This document shows positions 46,477-62,116 of a stretch of 64,000 nucleotides of DNA, piece by piece. Position 1 is the stretch's first letter. Each line of letters begins with the position of its first letter. The translations under genes were made by a program, and so were the position numbers. The DNA lies in assembly GCA_964388455.1 (NCBI GenBank), contig CAYMAN010000009.1, forward strand, positions 9,711 through 73,710. Reading direction: 5' to 3'. The stretch comes from an uncultured Eubacteriales bacterium (GTDB lineage: Bacteria; Actinomycetota; Coriobacteriia; Anaerosomatales; JAAXUF01). The notes beneath the pieces are model-generated. The model was not told the origin of the DNA. It was given only the letters and a program-made list of their open reading frames with translations, and searched no databases.

Positions 46477-46788
46477 ACACAAGGAGGGGGGAGGAGGGGT
46501 GTGTCCGGCTCTGCCAAACCGGCCGCATCTCTTCTAAGGAGTACGTTCGTCCTTCTCGGTGAATCTGTGATGACGATCGCGTGCCCGTGCTGTGGGTCAG
46601 TCGTGGAGATGCCGTGAACCGACGTCGACAACGACTCCCGCGCGATGCCCCCTGGCGTTGTGGCGCATGGCCGGCCCGTGTCCGAACCCGCTGAACTGGG
46701 TACGGGTCATCTAGAGACTTCCCGCGGATCTCGTCACCGACACCACTGTCGGTGGCTTCCTCAGCCGCGGCGAGCAAGGGGGCACCAC

Positions 46789-48252
46789 ATGTCACGCGAC
46801 AAGAAGCTCACCACCAATGTCGGAGCACCGGTTCCGGACAACCAGAATGCGATGACCGCCGGCCCCCGGGGGCCGATGTTGTTGCAGGACGTCTGGTTCC
46901 TCGAAAAGCTCGCGAACTTCGACCGTGAGGTGATTCCGGAGCGTCGGATGCACGCGAAGGGCTCGGGAGCCTTCGGCACGTTCACGGTGACGAACGACAT
47001 CACCGAGTACACCAAGGCCGACATCTTCTCGGCGATCGGCAAGGAGACCGAGTTGTTCGTGCGCTTCTCGACCGTCGCTGGCGAACGCGGCGCGGCGGAC
47101 GCAGAGCGCGACATCCGCGGCTTCGCGGTCAAGCTCTACACCCAGCAGGGCAACTGGGATCTCGTGGGCAACAACACGCCGGTGTTCTTCCTGCGCGACC
47201 CGCTCAAGTTCCCGGATCTCAACCACGCCATCAAGCGCGATCCGCGCACCAACATGCGCAGCGCCGGCAACAACTGGGACTTCTGGACGTCGCTTCCCGA
47301 GGCGCTCCACCAGATCACCATCGTAATGAGCGACCGCGGCCTGCCGGCGAGCTACCGCACCATGCACGGCTTCGGCAGCCATACGTTCAGCATGATCAAC
47401 GCCGAGGGAGTGCGTCACTGGGTCAAGTTTCGCTGGGAGTGTCAGCAGGGCATCAAGAACCTGACCGACGCCGAGGCCGAAGCGCTTGTGAGCAAAGATC
47501 GCGAGAGTCATCAGCGTGACCTCTACGAGGCCATCGAACGGGGCGACTTCCCCAAGTGGACGCTGCAGCTGCAGGTCATGCCCGAGGCCGACGCGGCCAA
47601 GATGCCGTACAACCCCTTCGACCTGACCAAGGTCTGGTATCACGGCGACTACCCGCTCATCGAGGTCGGCGTGATGGAGCTCAACCGCAATCCCGAGAAC
47701 TACTTCGCCGACGTCGAGCAAGCCGCATTCAACCCCGCTAACGTCGTACCAGGCATCGGGTTCTCCCCCGACAAGATGCTGCAGGGCCGTCTGTTCTCGT
47801 ACGGCGACGCCCAGCGCTACCGCCTCGGCGTCAACAACCACCTGATCCCCGTCAACGCCGCACGGTGCCCGGTCCATGGCTACAGCCGAGACGGCGCGAT
47901 GCGCGTGGACGGCAACTACGGTGGCACCCTGGGATACGAGCCCAACAGCTACGGTGAGTGGGCCGAGCAGCCCGATTTCGCGGAGCCCCCTCTGCCGCTC
48001 GACGGAGCACCAGCCGACCACTGGGACTTCCGAGAGGACGACGACAACTACTACGAGCAGCCCGGCAGGCTCTTCCGCCTGATGTCGCCGGCGCAGCAGC
48101 AGGTGCTGTTCGACAACACCGGCCGTGCGATGGGCGACGCTCCCAAGGAGGTCAAGCTCCGCCACATCGGCAACTGCCTCAAGGCGGATCCGGCATACGG
48201 CGAAGGCGTGGCCAAGGCGCTGGGCATTGCGGTGAGCGAGGCCGAGGCGTAG
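46789..48252 (+). CDS. katA: Monofunctional haem catalase (small-subunit type)
   Basis: ATG 46789 follows AAGGGGG. Contains [20 protein letters not shown], the RDIRGFAVK motif and the proximal-Tyr region [14 protein letters not shown]. Confidence 0.95.
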   Translation: MSRDKKLTTNVGAPVPDNQNAMTAGPRGPMLLQDVWFLEKLANFDREVIPERRMHAKGSGAFGTFTVTNDITEYTKADIFSAIGKETELFVRFSTVAGERGAADAERDIRGFAVKLYTQQGNWDLVGNNTPVFFLRDPLKFPDLNHAIKRDPRTNMRSAGNNWDFWTSLPEALHQITIVMSDRGLPASYRTMHGFGSHTFSMINAEGVRHWVKFRWECQQGIKNLTDAEAEALVSKDRESHQRDLYEAIERGDFPKWTLQLQVMPEADAAKMPYNPFDLTKVWYHGDYPLIEVGVMELNRNPENYFADVEQAAFNPANVVPGIGFSPDKMLQGRLFSYGDAQRYRLGVNNHLIPVNAARCPVHGYSRDGAMRVDGNYGGTLGYEPNSYGEWAEQPDFAEPPLPLDGAPADHWDFREDDDNYYEQPGRLFRLMSPAQQQVLFDNTGRAMGDAPKEVKLRHIGNCLKADPAYGEGVAKALGIAVSEAEA

Positions 48253-48261
48253 GGAGCGACG

Positions 48262-50844
<2,583 letters not shown>

Positions 50845-50868
50845 GTCGCTACCTCCGCATTGCCTGCG

Positions 50869-51282
50869 CTATCCCTGATGCCGCATGACCGCACCGCGCT
50901 CGACGCGCACGATGGCCGCGCGCACCTCTCGGACGCGGACCTGCTCGCGCGCATGACGCGCCGCCGCTTCCGCCCGAGCCGCACGCACGCGCATCGCGTC
51001 GAGCTCGGCACGCATCCGGGCCGCTTCGCGCTCGAGTTCGATGATGCGCACGACCCCGGCGAGATTGATGCCCTCCTCCTGCGTGAGCTGCTGGATCAGT
51101 CGAAGCCTGTCGACGTCTGCCTGCGAGTAAAGCCGCGTATTGCCCTGCGAGCGTTGCGGCCGAATGAGCTGCTTGCGCTCGTAGATGCGCAGCGTCTGAG
51201 GGTGCACGCCGGCAAGGTCCGCGGCGACGCTGATCATGTACAGCGGCCTGTCATCATCCCGTGAGACTCTCACGTCTCTCAT
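50869..51282 (-). CDS. hspR: MerR-family heat-shock repressor HspR
   Basis: MerR HTH (YMISVAADLAGVHPQTLRIYERKQLIRPQRS.GNTRLYS). Positioned between dnaJ and clpB as in actinobacterial dnaK operons. The start is uncertain (ATG 51282 or GTG 51273). Confidence 0.85.
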   Translation of the reverse strand: MRDVRVSRDDDRPLYMISVAADLAGVHPQTLRIYERKQLIRPQRSQGNTRLYSQADVDRLRLIQQLTQEEGINLAGVVRIIELEREAARMRAELDAMRVRAARAEAAARHAREQVRVREVRAAIVRVERGAVMRHQG

Positions 51283-51330
51283 CCTTCCAGAGGTGGTTGT
51301 CGCGCCATGACGCCGACCGCGCATCGTCTT

Positions 51331-52284
51331 CTACGTGATATGAGCTCGCACATCGTCCGCCGAGAGACCCGCGAACGCCTCAAGCGCCTCGCGCTGTTCG
51401 TCGGTCAGCGACTCAGGCACGGCGACGTTGACGCGGACCTTGAGATCGCCGTGTTCCGACCCATTCAGCTTGGGCGCTCCCTTGCCGCGCACGCGATGCA
51501 CCTTGCCACTCTGCGTGCCGGCGGGAATCTTGAGCTTCACTTTGCCGCCGTCGGGCGTCGGCACGCGAATCTCAGTGCCCAGCACCGCCTCGGCAAAGGT
51601 GATCGGCACGTCGATGATCACATCGGCCCCATCGCGTGAGTAGTATGGATGCCGACGGATGTGCGTCGTGACGTACAGGTCGCCGGCCGGCCCGCCGTTG
51701 GCCCCGGCCGCGCCTTTGCCCTTGAACCGCAGCTTGCCGCCATCGGTGGCGCCCGCCGGAACGGTCACGCTGACGGAACTTCCAGCACCGCTGCGCATCG
51801 TCTTCTTCGTTCCGCTGAACGCCTCTGCGAACGTCAGGTCCAGTTTGGCCTCCTGGTCTGCGCCTCGGTGCGGCTGTGGCCGACCGCCAAAGCCCGAGCC
51901 ACCGAACCCTCCGCCACCGCCGCCGAACACGCTACCGAAGAGATCGCCCAAGTCGCCAAGGTCGCCCATGTTGACGCTTTGATAGCCGCCCCCGCGACCA
52001 CCTCCGCCACCCGGAAAGCCACCCCCCGGCCAGCCGCCGGCACCGCCAGCGCCGCCCGGAGGCATCCCTCCGCCAAAGTACTGTCCGTACTGGTCATACT
52101 GCGTACGCTTCTCGCTGTCCGAGAGAACCTCGTACGCCTCGTTTATCTGCTTGAACTTCTCCTCATCGCCGCCCGCGTCCGGATGATGCTTGCGGGCAAG
52201 CTTGCGAAACGCCTTCTTGATCTCATCGGCGGTCGCGTCCTTCTTCACTCCGAGAAGCTCGTAGTAGTTGGTCTTGGGGCTCAT
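51331..52284 (-). CDS. dnaJ: DnaJ-class co-chaperone lacking the zinc-finger domain (type II / CbpA-like)
   Basis: J-domain with HPD, a Gly-rich linker and C-terminal substrate-binding domains. No CxxCxGxG repeats are present. Confidence 0.85.
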   Translation of the reverse strand: MSPKTNYYELLGVKKDATADEIKKAFRKLARKHHPDAGGDEEKFKQINEAYEVLSDSEKRTQYDQYGQYFGGGMPPGGAGGAGGWPGGGFPGGGGGRGGGYQSVNMGDLGDLGDLFGSVFGGGGGGFGGSGFGGRPQPHRGADQEAKLDLTFAEAFSGTKKTMRSGAGSSVSVTVPAGATDGGKLRFKGKGAAGANGGPAGDLYVTTHIRRHPYYSRDGADVIIDVPITFAEAVLGTEIRVPTPDGGKVKLKIPAGTQSGKVHRVRGKGAPKLNGSEHGDLKVRVNVAVPESLTDEQREALEAFAGLSADDVRAHIT

Positions 52285-52289
52285 GGCGC

Positions 52290-53060
52290 CTACTCCTCGC
52301 GCTTCGGTCCCCCGGTGGACACGACGACCATAGCCGGGCGCACCACGCGTCCGCCCATCGCATAGCCCTTCTGGAAGACGGCGACCACAGTGCCCTCGGG
52401 CACCTCGGCATCCTCCTGCTGGCTGACGGCCTGCTGCGTGTTGTGGTCGAACGGCTGACCGAACGGATCGATCACCTCGACGCCTTCCTTGCCGAGAATC
52501 CCGATGACCTGCGCGTGCACGGCCTCGACACCCGCGAGCAGGTGGACGAGGTCGCCACCTGCTGTCGTGTGCTCGATGGCGCGCTCCAGGTTGTCGATTG
52601 CCGGCAGCAGCTCGCTGACCAGACGCTCGCCAGCCCGCTTGCGCTCTTCTTCGCGCTCACGGCTGGTGCGCTTCCGGAAGTTGTCGAACTCCGCCTGCCC
52701 GCGAGCCACGCGATCCCGAAGATCCGCGGCCTCCCCGCGAGCCGCCTCAAGCTCGGCCTCCATGACGTCCCCACGCAACTCGAACTCAGCGCCCAGATCC
52801 GCTTCCAGCTCCGGATCGAAAGCGTCGCCGGCATCCAGCCCGCCAGCAGCACCCCCAGCGCGCGCCGAAGGCGTCGCGCCCTTGGAGGCTGCAGAAGCCT
52901 TAGTGGCGTCGGAGTCATGCGGCTTAGGGTTCTTGACACCCCGCGGCCCGGAGGCCCCTCCGGCAGTGCCGAAGGGAGCCTCCGCAGCGCGATCTTCGCG
53001 AGGACCGCGACCGGAGGTACTACCGGAGGGGCCGTCAGGTCCGATTGGTCGAGTACTCAT
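52290..53060 (-). CDS. grpE: Nucleotide exchange factor GrpE
   Basis: Disordered N-terminus, coiled coil ([11 protein letters not shown]), and the GrpE C-terminal beta domain (GTVV.V.QKGY). Confidence 0.9.
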   Translation of the reverse strand: MSTRPIGPDGPSGSTSGRGPREDRAAEAPFGTAGGASGPRGVKNPKPHDSDATKASAASKGATPSARAGGAAGGLDAGDAFDPELEADLGAEFELRGDVMEAELEAARGEAADLRDRVARGQAEFDNFRKRTSREREEERKRAGERLVSELLPAIDNLERAIEHTTAGGDLVHLLAGVEAVHAQVIGILGKEGVEVIDPFGQPFDHNTQQAVSQQEDAEVPEGTVVAVFQKGYAMGGRVVRPAMVVVSTGGPKREE

Positions 53061-53062
53061 GG

Positions 53063-54958
<1,896 letters not shown>

Positions 54959-55074
54959 GATGTGGTTCCCCTTTCATGTCCGAGCCGCATGTGCGCGGAT
55001 CGAGCCTTCTGACATATTCGATGTCCGTTAATGCGCGAGAATGGCGCACGAAGCACACTACATCTTTTGTGCGG

Positions 55075-55115
55075 GTGTCAACTTAATATCTGAGTGCATC
55101 ATTGTCAAGTTTCGT
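55075..55115 (-). promoter_or_regulatory. Candidate dnaK promoter with a degenerate HAIR-like (HspR operator) element
   Basis: The minus strand reads aaCTTGACAatgatgcACTCAGAtattaagTTGACAc. There are two TTGACA hexamers. The CTTGAca-N7-ACTCAga element matches the HAIR consensus CTTGAGT-N7-ACTCAAG at 10 of 14 positions with the correct spacing. Confidence 0.35.
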
Positions 55116-55313
55116 GTCAGCGTGCTTTATAGTTCTACCCTCATTTACGGCAACTGAACCCTCGGCTTGATGCGCGTTGTCGGCCCTCGAACAGGATCGC
55201 CGAATGCTGTCCGCGAAGTACGGTCTTTACACGACCCGTAACGGTCGGTACAGTACGCACGAAACTGCGGCGGGACACCTCGCCTACGAGTCAGGAAACG
55301 AGAAGGAGAACCG

Positions 55314-55502
55314 ATGCCCCGACCCATCATCACCGAGGACGATTGTTCGGCCTGCGGCATTTGCGTCGACGCGTGCCCCCACGACGTTCTGGAGATTGTC
55401 GGCGACGTCGCTGAGCCGGTTCGTGACGAGGACTGCGACGCCTGTGCGACGTGCATGGAAGAGTGCCCGATGGGCGCCATCACTGAGATCGAAGAGGACT
55501 AG
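55314..55502 (+). CDS. 2x[4Fe-4S] ferredoxin (62 aa)
   Basis: GAAGGAGA lies upstream. Two motifs, CSACGICVDACP and CDACATCMEECP. Confidence 0.85.
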   Translation: MPRPIITEDDCSACGICVDACPHDVLEIVGDVAEPVRDEDCDACATCMEECPMGAITEIEED

Positions 55503-55578
55503 CTCCTCGCGCTGACCCGCGAATAGTGACTCTCTGGGGGCGCTCCGATAAGGGGCGCTCCTTTCGCGTATCCGTCCG

Positions 55579-56148
55579 TCAGTACACCTTCGCGGGCGGC
55601 GTGGCGAGCTTGAGCTGTGACCAGACTCGCCGCTTGCGCGCGGTATCACCGAGCGAAGCCTCAAGCCCGTCGCACGCCAGCACGCGCCGTCCTCCCGCCC
55701 GCACCACCGTGCCCAGCACGAGCCGCTCGATCCCCAGCGCCTCCGCGACGTCTGCCGCGGCATCCGTGTCAACGGCAAGCACGAACTCCGGGTCGACGGT
55801 CTCGATCTGAAGCTGCAGCCGGGCTGTTCGGCGAGGGGCATCGGTGTTCGATCCCGGACGCGAGAGCGTGTAAAAGACCGAGTCGGGCTCCCAGCCCAAA
55901 GCACCGAGAGCCTTGCGCGCCGCCTCACCGTCTGCCCCGGACATGGCGGGCTTGCCGCTCGCCTCGGCCGGGCCGGGCAGGCCTTTGACCACAAAGATCG
56001 TCGCGAAGTGGGCGCCCGCGGACCCAACGGAGTCGGAACCCGGCAACCGCTTGTCAGCAGCAGCGAGCTCCGCTTTGACGCGCGCCTCGTGTTGCCCTCG
56101 GATGACGTCGGCGCTGAACTCTCGGGCTGTGTCGGGCTTATCGGTCAC
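55579..56148 (-). CDS. Uracil-DNA-glycosylase-superfamily-like protein with degenerate motifs (tentative)
   Basis: GTG 56148 overlaps the epimerase stop (GTGA). The layout resembles family-4 UDG, but it has GLPG in place of GE(G/A)PG and lacks both the HPS motif and the Fe-S cysteines. Confidence 0.4.
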   Translation of the reverse strand: MTDKPDTAREFSADVIRGQHEARVKAELAAADKRLPGSDSVGSAGAHFATIFVVKGLPGPAEASGKPAMSGADGEAARKALGALGWEPDSVFYTLSRPGSNTDAPRRTARLQLQIETVDPEFVLAVDTDAAADVAEALGIERLVLGTVVRAGGRRVLACDGLEASLGDTARKRRVWSQLKLATPPAKVY

Positions 56149-57092
56149 GCGCGTGAGGCGAACCACTGCCACGTGAACTGGAGGCCCACGTCGAGCGTCT
56201 GGTGCGCTTTCCAGCCAAACGCATGCACGGCCTTGGCGGGTGACAGTGAGCTACGCGCGACGTCGCCTTCTCGGCCGGGACGGAAGTCGGTGCCGCCGAG
56301 GTACCTCGAGGTCTGGCGAAGCGACATGAGCAGATCGTTCACGGAGATCTCCGAGCCGGTCGACACGTTGTAAGACGCACCGTCTGCTCCGTCCTGCGCG
56401 AGCTTGCCCTCGGCCACCAGCGCCGAGATGATCGCGCCGACCACGTCGCCGACGTAGATGAAATCACGTGTCTGCGTGCCGTCGCCGAAGATGATCGGCG
56501 GCGTCTGGGCATGCATCGCGGCGCAGAAGAGCGCGACGACCCCGCCCTCTCCGGCCGCATCCTGGCGCGGACCGTAGACGTTGCTGAAGCGGAAGCATGC
56601 GTGGTCGACGTCGGAGCCGGCGAGCGCATCGGCAAGCATGGACTCGGCCGCGAGCTTGCTCTTGCCGTAGGGGTTCGCAGGCGCCTTGGGCGCCGTCTCA
56701 ACCAGCGGCAACATGGCCGCATCGGGCTCGCCGTACACCGCTGCCGAGCTCGCGGAGATGACCCGACGAGCGCCGGCCGCGCGCGCGGCCCTGGCCACAG
56801 CCGCAGTGCCCTCGGCGTTGACGGCCCAGTCGCGCTCAGGGTCGCGCTGTGACTCGGTGACGCTGGCCTGTGCCGCGAGATGAACCACAGCATCCGGAGC
56901 GAACTCCGCAACCGCACCGGGCATCTCGGGAGAGAGTATGTCGAGCGTGCGGAACCACGCATGCGGATGCAGATTCTCGTGGTGGCCGGTCGACAGATCG
57001 TCGAGGACTCCGACACTGTGCCCACCGCTGATGAGCGCATGGACGAGGTTCGAGCCGATGAACCCGGCGCCGCCGGTTACCAATACGCGCAT
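56145..57092 (-). CDS. NAD-dependent epimerase/dehydratase (GalE-like)
   Basis: [11 protein letters not shown] and the catalytic YGKSK. Its start shares 1 nt with the lon stop codon. Confidence 0.85.
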   Translation of the reverse strand: MRVLVTGGAGFIGSNLVHALISGGHSVGVLDDLSTGHHENLHPHAWFRTLDILSPEMPGAVAEFAPDAVVHLAAQASVTESQRDPERDWAVNAEGTAAVARAARAAGARRVISASSAAVYGEPDAAMLPLVETAPKAPANPYGKSKLAAESMLADALAGSDVDHACFRFSNVYGPRQDAAGEGGVVALFCAAMHAQTPPIIFGDGTQTRDFIYVGDVVGAIISALVAEGKLAQDGADGASYNVSTGSEISVNDLLMSLRQTSRYLGGTDFRPGREGDVARSSLSPAKAVHAFGWKAHQTLDVGLQFTWQWFASRA

Positions 57093-59515
57093 CAGGCACC
57101 CTTCCGCGGAGTCGCAGGTCTGCTGGCCTTCACAGGCTTGACGGCCTTCGCGGGCTTGGGCGGCTTGAGGCCGGACGGCTTACATGCACGCGACAACGCG
57201 TGGTCGAGGACCTCGTCCATCGTCTTGACCGGGATGAGTTCGAGTTCGCTGCGCACCTTCTCGGGCAGCAGCACGAGGTCTCGTTCGTTGTCCTTGGGAA
57301 TCAGCACGGTCTTGAGGCCCGCGCGGTGCGCCGCGAGCAGCTTCTCCTTCAGGCCGCCGATGGGCAGCACGCGCCCTCGCAAGGTGATCTCGCCGGTCAT
57401 CGCCAGATCGCGCCGTACCGGACACGACAGCAGTGCCGAGGCGATCGCCGTCGCCATCGTGATACCTGCAGAGGGACCGTCCTTGGGCGTAGCCGCGGCC
57501 GGCACGTGGATGTGCAGGTCGAGTTTGTCCTGGAAGTTCTCAGGAAGGCCGAGGTCGAGGGCGCGCGTGCGGATGTAGGTGACCGCTGCGGTCGCCGACT
57601 CCTGCATGACGTCGCCGAGCTGGCCGGTGAGGATGAGCTTGCCGCTGCCCGCCATCTTGGTCGCCTCGATCGAGATCACGTCTCCGCCGACCTCGGTCCA
57701 GACCAGTCCTGTCGCGACACCTATCTCGTCGTTCTCCTCGGCCAGTCCGTAGCTGAACTTGGCCGGGCCCAGGTACTTGTGAAGCGTGCGCTCGGTGACG
57801 CTGGTCTTGCCCTTGGCGCCCTCGACAACCTTACGTGCGACCTGGCGCGCAATGGCGGCGATGGTGCGCTCGAGTCCTCGGACGCCGGCCTCGCGGGTGT
57901 ACACGCGGACGATGAGTCGCAGCGCGCCCTCACTGATGACGAGCTTGCTCGCCGAGAGGCCGTGCTCCCTGAGTTGCTTGGGGACCAGGTACTGCTCGGC
58001 GATGTGGAGCTTCTCGTCTTCCGTGTAGCCCGGGAAGTGGATGACCTCCATGCGGTCGCGCAGCGCCGGCGGAATCGTGTCGAGCATGTTCGCAGTGGTG
58101 ATGAACATGACGTTGGAGAGGTTGAACGGCGCCTCGAGATAGTGGTCCTGGAACGCGTTGTTCTGCTCGGGGTCGAGCACCTCCAGGAGCGCCGAGGTCG
58201 GATCGCCGCGGAAGTCGGTGCCCACCTTGTCGATCTCATCCATCATGAAGACGGGATTGTTGGTGCCCACCTGGCTGATCGACTGGATGATGCGGCCGGG
58301 CAGCGCGCCCACGTAGGTGCGCCGGTGACCGCGGATCTCAGCTTCGTCGCGTACGCCGCCGAGCGACTGGCGGATGAACTCGCGGTTCAGCGCTCGCGCG
58401 ATCGACTTGCCGATCGACGTCTTGCCCACGCCCGGAGGTCCCACGAAGCACAGGATCGGGCCGCGCATCTTGTCGGTGAGCTTATGCACGGCGAGGTACT
58501 CGAGGATGCGCTCCTTGACCTTTTCGAGGCCGTAGTGATCTTCGTCGAGAATGGCCTGCGCCTCGATCAGATCCAGCTTCTCCTCGGACTCGGTGTTCCA
58601 CGGCAGTCCTACGAGCCAGTCGAGGTAGGTGCGGATGACGCCGGTCTCGGCGGACTGCGGCTGCATCTTCTCGAGCCGCTTGAGCTCCTTAAGCGCCTTC
58701 TCCTCGACCTGCTCCGGCATGTGCGAGTCGCGGATCTTCTCGGTGTACTCGGTGATTTCTGCCTGGACCTCGTCGAACTGGCCGAGCTCCTGCTGGATCG
58801 CCTTGAGCTGCTCGCGCAGGAAGTACTCGCGCTGACTCTTGGTCATCTGCTCCTTGACGCGGTCCTGGATCTTGCTGCCCAGCTCGAGGATCTCGAGTTC
58901 CTTCTTGAGGAACCGGGTGATGAGCTCGAGGCGCGCGCGCGGATCGACCGCCTCAAGAATGTGCTGCTTCTCATCGGTCTTCAGGTTGAGGTGAAACGCC
59001 ACGAAGTCGCCGAGGCGACCTGGCTCTTCGAGTGCCGAAGCCGCGATGAGGACCTCCTGCGGGATCGGCTTGCCGAACTCCGCCGCACGCTCGAAGTCGC
59101 CGACGACGGCGCGCATGAGCGCCACGTCCTCGACGTCTGCGCCGAGAGGTTCCTCTATCATCTCCACGCGCACAAGGAAGTACGGCTCAGTCTGCACGTA
59201 CTCGAGGATGCGAAAGCGCTGCTGTCCCTCGACAAGCGCCTTGGCGGTGCCGTCGGGAAGCTTGAGCTCCTGCATGACCGAGGCGACGCAGCCGATCTCG
59301 AAGATGTCGCCCTCGCCGGGGTCCTGGGTCTCGGCGACCTTCTGCGTTGCGAGCGCGACGAGATGGCCTTCGCGCATCGCGGCTTCAAGTGCCTTGATGG
59401 AGCGCTCGCGGCCAACAAAGAGCGGCACCACGAGGTCGGGGAAGAGGATGATGTCCCTGAGCGGGATCAGGGGCAGAACATCCGGAATGATCGGTGTTTC
59501 ACTACGCTGCGACAT
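57092..59515 (-). CDS. lon: ATP-dependent protease Lon (LonA)
   Basis: LON N-domain, AAA+ module (GPPGVGKTS) and protease Ser motif PKDGPSAG. Lys/Pro-rich C-terminal tail. Confidence 0.97.
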   Translation of the reverse strand: MSQRSETPIIPDVLPLIPLRDIILFPDLVVPLFVGRERSIKALEAAMREGHLVALATQKVAETQDPGEGDIFEIGCVASVMQELKLPDGTAKALVEGQQRFRILEYVQTEPYFLVRVEMIEEPLGADVEDVALMRAVVGDFERAAEFGKPIPQEVLIAASALEEPGRLGDFVAFHLNLKTDEKQHILEAVDPRARLELITRFLKKELEILELGSKIQDRVKEQMTKSQREYFLREQLKAIQQELGQFDEVQAEITEYTEKIRDSHMPEQVEEKALKELKRLEKMQPQSAETGVIRTYLDWLVGLPWNTESEEKLDLIEAQAILDEDHYGLEKVKERILEYLAVHKLTDKMRGPILCFVGPPGVGKTSIGKSIARALNREFIRQSLGGVRDEAEIRGHRRTYVGALPGRIIQSISQVGTNNPVFMMDEIDKVGTDFRGDPTSALLEVLDPEQNNAFQDHYLEAPFNLSNVMFITTANMLDTIPPALRDRMEVIHFPGYTEDEKLHIAEQYLVPKQLREHGLSASKLVISEGALRLIVRVYTREAGVRGLERTIAAIARQVARKVVEGAKGKTSVTERTLHKYLGPAKFSYGLAEENDEIGVATGLVWTEVGGDVISIEATKMAGSGKLILTGQLGDVMQESATAAVTYIRTRALDLGLPENFQDKLDLHIHVPAAATPKDGPSAGITMATAIASALLSCPVRRDLAMTGEITLRGRVLPIGGLKEKLLAAHRAGLKTVLIPKDNERDLVLLPEKVRSELELIPVKTMDEVLDHALSRACKPSGLKPPKPAKAVKPVKASRPATPRKGA

Positions 59516-59635
59516 GCACCCCTCGCGTTCTCTCGATTCAGTTCGTGCGATACTCTTGTGTGCCCGTTGCTAACACATGGTACACGCCCACGACCTCCCG
59601 GCGAACGGTGTCTGCCGCCGGTTCGGAGCCGCTTG

Positions 59636-61699
59636 ATGCCCATCACGCCTTGCACACTGACTAGCAGAATCGGCCGCGCGTTCGCGGTCGTGGCGGTCGT
59701 GCTGAGTGCGGTGGCGGCAACGTGGCTCACAGCGAACGCCGCTCCGTCGGCCATGCCGCCCTTCCCTGCCGACGAGCCGGTCCTCTCGGTGAGGCTCGAG
59801 AGCAGCCAACCAGCGGTCCCGACCACCGGGCAGTTTGCCTACACCACCCAGATTCGCCTCCAGACGCCGGCTTCCTATCTGCAGACGCGAATCCAGGTAC
59901 GGCGCCCGACAGGCCAGCTCATCTTCCAGCGGACCGATGTCGACAACAACCTGCCGGCCGGTACGCATGTCGCACAGTTCGGGCGATCACTTGTTGGGCT
60001 CGGCCTCGAGCCGGGCGCGTACCCCGTCGAAGTGGAGATCCGTGGCGACCTTGTGGGTGGTCTCGAGACGACGACCGTCGCGACCGAACTCCTGGTGTTC
60101 GACCCCGCGATGAAGGCGGCCGGGACCGTTCTGGTGGCACGCGTCACAGCTCGGCCACTTGAGGCACCTGACGGTAATCTGGCCATCGACCCGGCGGTGG
60201 CGACCAAAGCGCGCGACGACGTCACTTCGATCGCATCGCTCGTGGTCGCCGATCCCGCCGCCCGGATCACTCTGGCGATCCCACCGATGCTTCTGGGCGA
60301 GTGGCAGCGCATCTCGGACGGCTACACCATGACCGACGGCCGAGAAGTGCCTGCTGCAGACCCGACGGTCATCGCGTACACCAAGGCGCTCGAACTGCTG
60401 GACCAGGCGGTCTCGAGCGGCCGGCTGGAGCTACTGAGGACCGGACTCGCCGACCCGGATCTCGCTCAGCTCGCCGCACAGGGCCAGTCACGTGACGTGG
60501 TGCCACAGTACGAAGCGGGACTCTCCGCGACGTACGCGAGTCTCGAGACCTCACCTTCGACCGGGACCGTCCCTGCGGGCACGTGCATTCCGCCCGCGGC
60601 CATGCCCGCTCTCAAAGGCCTGGGGCTAGGCTACGTGATAGCCGACATCGGGTGCGCCCGCTCCGGCGATTCCACCGTAGCCAGTGGCTCGTATCCCATC
60701 TCGAACTCGAGCATGCGCGCGCTGCTCTCGGACCGCATAGCGAGCACGGCTCTCTCCTCGGCAGATACCACTGCGGCCATCAGGCGTATCGCGGCCGGCC
60801 AGGTGGTCAGACCCGGTCAGCCGACCGTTGTGCGCATAGAGCTCCCAGAGGGCGGATCGACCGCCACGCAGACGATCGTTCCCGCAGTCCGCGGGCTCGA
60901 GGGCAGAGGGTGGACGAGCCTGGTCCTGGGCCGAGAGACCGTCAGCCCGGGCAAGGTAAAGGCGGTACGCCTTCTGGCCGACAGAACCGGTCCCGCAGGC
61001 CCGCAAAACTATCTTGCCGCGGTGTCGCGCGCGCGGAGCTTCGCAGAAGCGCTCACATCAGCGCTCGGCGAGGCTGACCCCGACGCCTCCTCGGCCCGGA
61101 CGAGCTCGCTCGTGTCGCAGAGTTCCGCGTGGTCCGAGCCCGACAACACCTGGAGCGGTGCGGAGAGAGGCGAGGAGTTCGCGCTGGCCTCTCTCAAGAC
61201 ATCGCGCTCGATTCTCGACAGAATCGACCTCAAGATCGAGCCGATCACCCTCGCAGGTGCGAAAGGATCGGTCCCCGTCAGTCTCCAGAACGGTTCAGAG
61301 AAGGTCCTCCAGGTCACCGTGCGCACCTCGACACAGGGCGGCATCGAGGTCGTCGGCTCGAATCGGACCAAGACGATGATGAGGCCCCAGGAGACGTTCG
61401 TTCAGATTCCGGTCAACATGCATTCGGCACTCTCTGGCAGGCTCTCGGTCGAGGTCCTTGCCGGTGATGTGGTGTTCGCGCGACGGACGGTTGAGGTGCG
61501 CGCCTCGTATCTGGACCGACTCGCGGTGATCGGCGGCATCGTCATCGCACTCGCGATACTGCTCGCGTTCATCGTCCGAAGGGTGCGCGCGGCCGAGCGA
61601 GCCGAGGAAGCCGAGCTGGCACGAGCACACACTTCCGACACAAACGAGCGTTACACTGACTCGTCCGAACCGGAAGCAGAGGAGCCTGAGACCCTATGA
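59636..61699 (+). CDS. Large secreted protein with C-terminal TM anchor (DUF6049/Rv3909-like, tentative)
   Basis: ATG 59636 lies 7 nt after GGAG. Signal peptide ending ANA-AP. About 640-aa ectodomain, then a TM helix (LAVIGGIVIALAILLAFIV) and an acidic tail. The family call rests on architecture and on trxB-proximal synteny. Confidence 0.55.
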   Translation: MPITPCTLTSRIGRAFAVVAVVLSAVAATWLTANAAPSAMPPFPADEPVLSVRLESSQPAVPTTGQFAYTTQIRLQTPASYLQTRIQVRRPTGQLIFQRTDVDNNLPAGTHVAQFGRSLVGLGLEPGAYPVEVEIRGDLVGGLETTTVATELLVFDPAMKAAGTVLVARVTARPLEAPDGNLAIDPAVATKARDDVTSIASLVVADPAARITLAIPPMLLGEWQRISDGYTMTDGREVPAADPTVIAYTKALELLDQAVSSGRLELLRTGLADPDLAQLAAQGQSRDVVPQYEAGLSATYASLETSPSTGTVPAGTCIPPAAMPALKGLGLGYVIADIGCARSGDSTVASGSYPISNSSMRALLSDRIASTALSSADTTAAIRRIAAGQVVRPGQPTVVRIELPEGGSTATQTIVPAVRGLEGRGWTSLVLGRETVSPGKVKAVRLLADRTGPAGPQNYLAAVSRARSFAEALTSALGEADPDASSARTSSLVSQSSAWSEPDNTWSGAERGEEFALASLKTSRSILDRIDLKIEPITLAGAKGSVPVSLQNGSEKVLQVTVRTSTQGGIEVVGSNRTKTMMRPQETFVQIPVNMHSALSGRLSVEVLAGDVVFARRTVEVRASYLDRLAVIGGIVIALAILLAFIVRRVRAAERAEEAELARAHTSDTNERYTDSSEPEAEEPETL

Positions 61700-62070
61700 G
61701 AAAGGTAATCTACCTCCTGTTCGTTGTAGCCGTGCTCGCAATTCTGGCCAACGATGGCGGTCGGCTGTTCGTCGGCAAGAGCGCACTACGAGCGAACACG
61801 GGTACTCTGGCATCGTGGGCGATCAACAATGCCGACGGCATGACCCGAGAGCAGACGGCACAAGAACTCGCGAACCGCTCGGCCGCACTCAAGCTACGCG
61901 TCTATCAGTACGGACAGGACGACAAGCAGCTGCAGATCTGGACCGAGGCCGATGTCACCGGCCTGTGGGTCTTGGGAACGTATACGGCAACGCTTGAAGG
62001 CGTGCCCTTTCGTAAGGCCATAGGTAGACCCATAGTGATCAGAGACTACGCGGCTGCGCAGTACCGGTAA
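61696..62070 (+). CDS. Small N-terminally anchored hypothetical protein
   Basis: ATGA overlap with the upstream gene. TM helix VIYLLFVVAVLAILA. No recognised motif. Confidence 0.5.
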   Translation: MRKVIYLLFVVAVLAILANDGGRLFVGKSALRANTGTLASWAINNADGMTREQTAQELANRSAALKLRVYQYGQDDKQLQIWTEADVTGLWVLGTYTATLEGVPFRKAIGRPIVIRDYAAAQYR

Positions 62071-62116
62071 CGGCAGCACGAGACCACTCGCGTTCGCGAG
62101 GCGAAAGGCAACACGT

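Noticed and set aside
46570-46617. Cys-rich micro-ORF MTIACPCCGSVVEMP in the catalase leader, together with a nearby 8-bp inverted repeat (CACCGACA-ccac-TGTCGGTG, 46736-46755) and a G-rich tract (46480-46500)
   Set aside because: There is no convincing RBS, the ORF is too short to evaluate from sequence alone, and such ORFs arise by chance. The inverted repeat could be an operator, but it matches no motif I know (it is not a PerR or OxyR box). It is only worth checking if ribosome-profiling data exist.
46792-48165. 457-aa ORF on the minus strand
   Set aside because: It is antisense to the catalase gene and is a shadow ORF.
57200-59635. The 5' two-thirds of the 1499-aa track ORF 57200..61699
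   Set aside because: It is antisense to the unambiguous lon gene and has an Arg/Ala/Gly/Leu/Asp-rich shadow-ORF composition with no motifs. Only the part from ATG 59636 onward (RBS, signal peptide) is credible.
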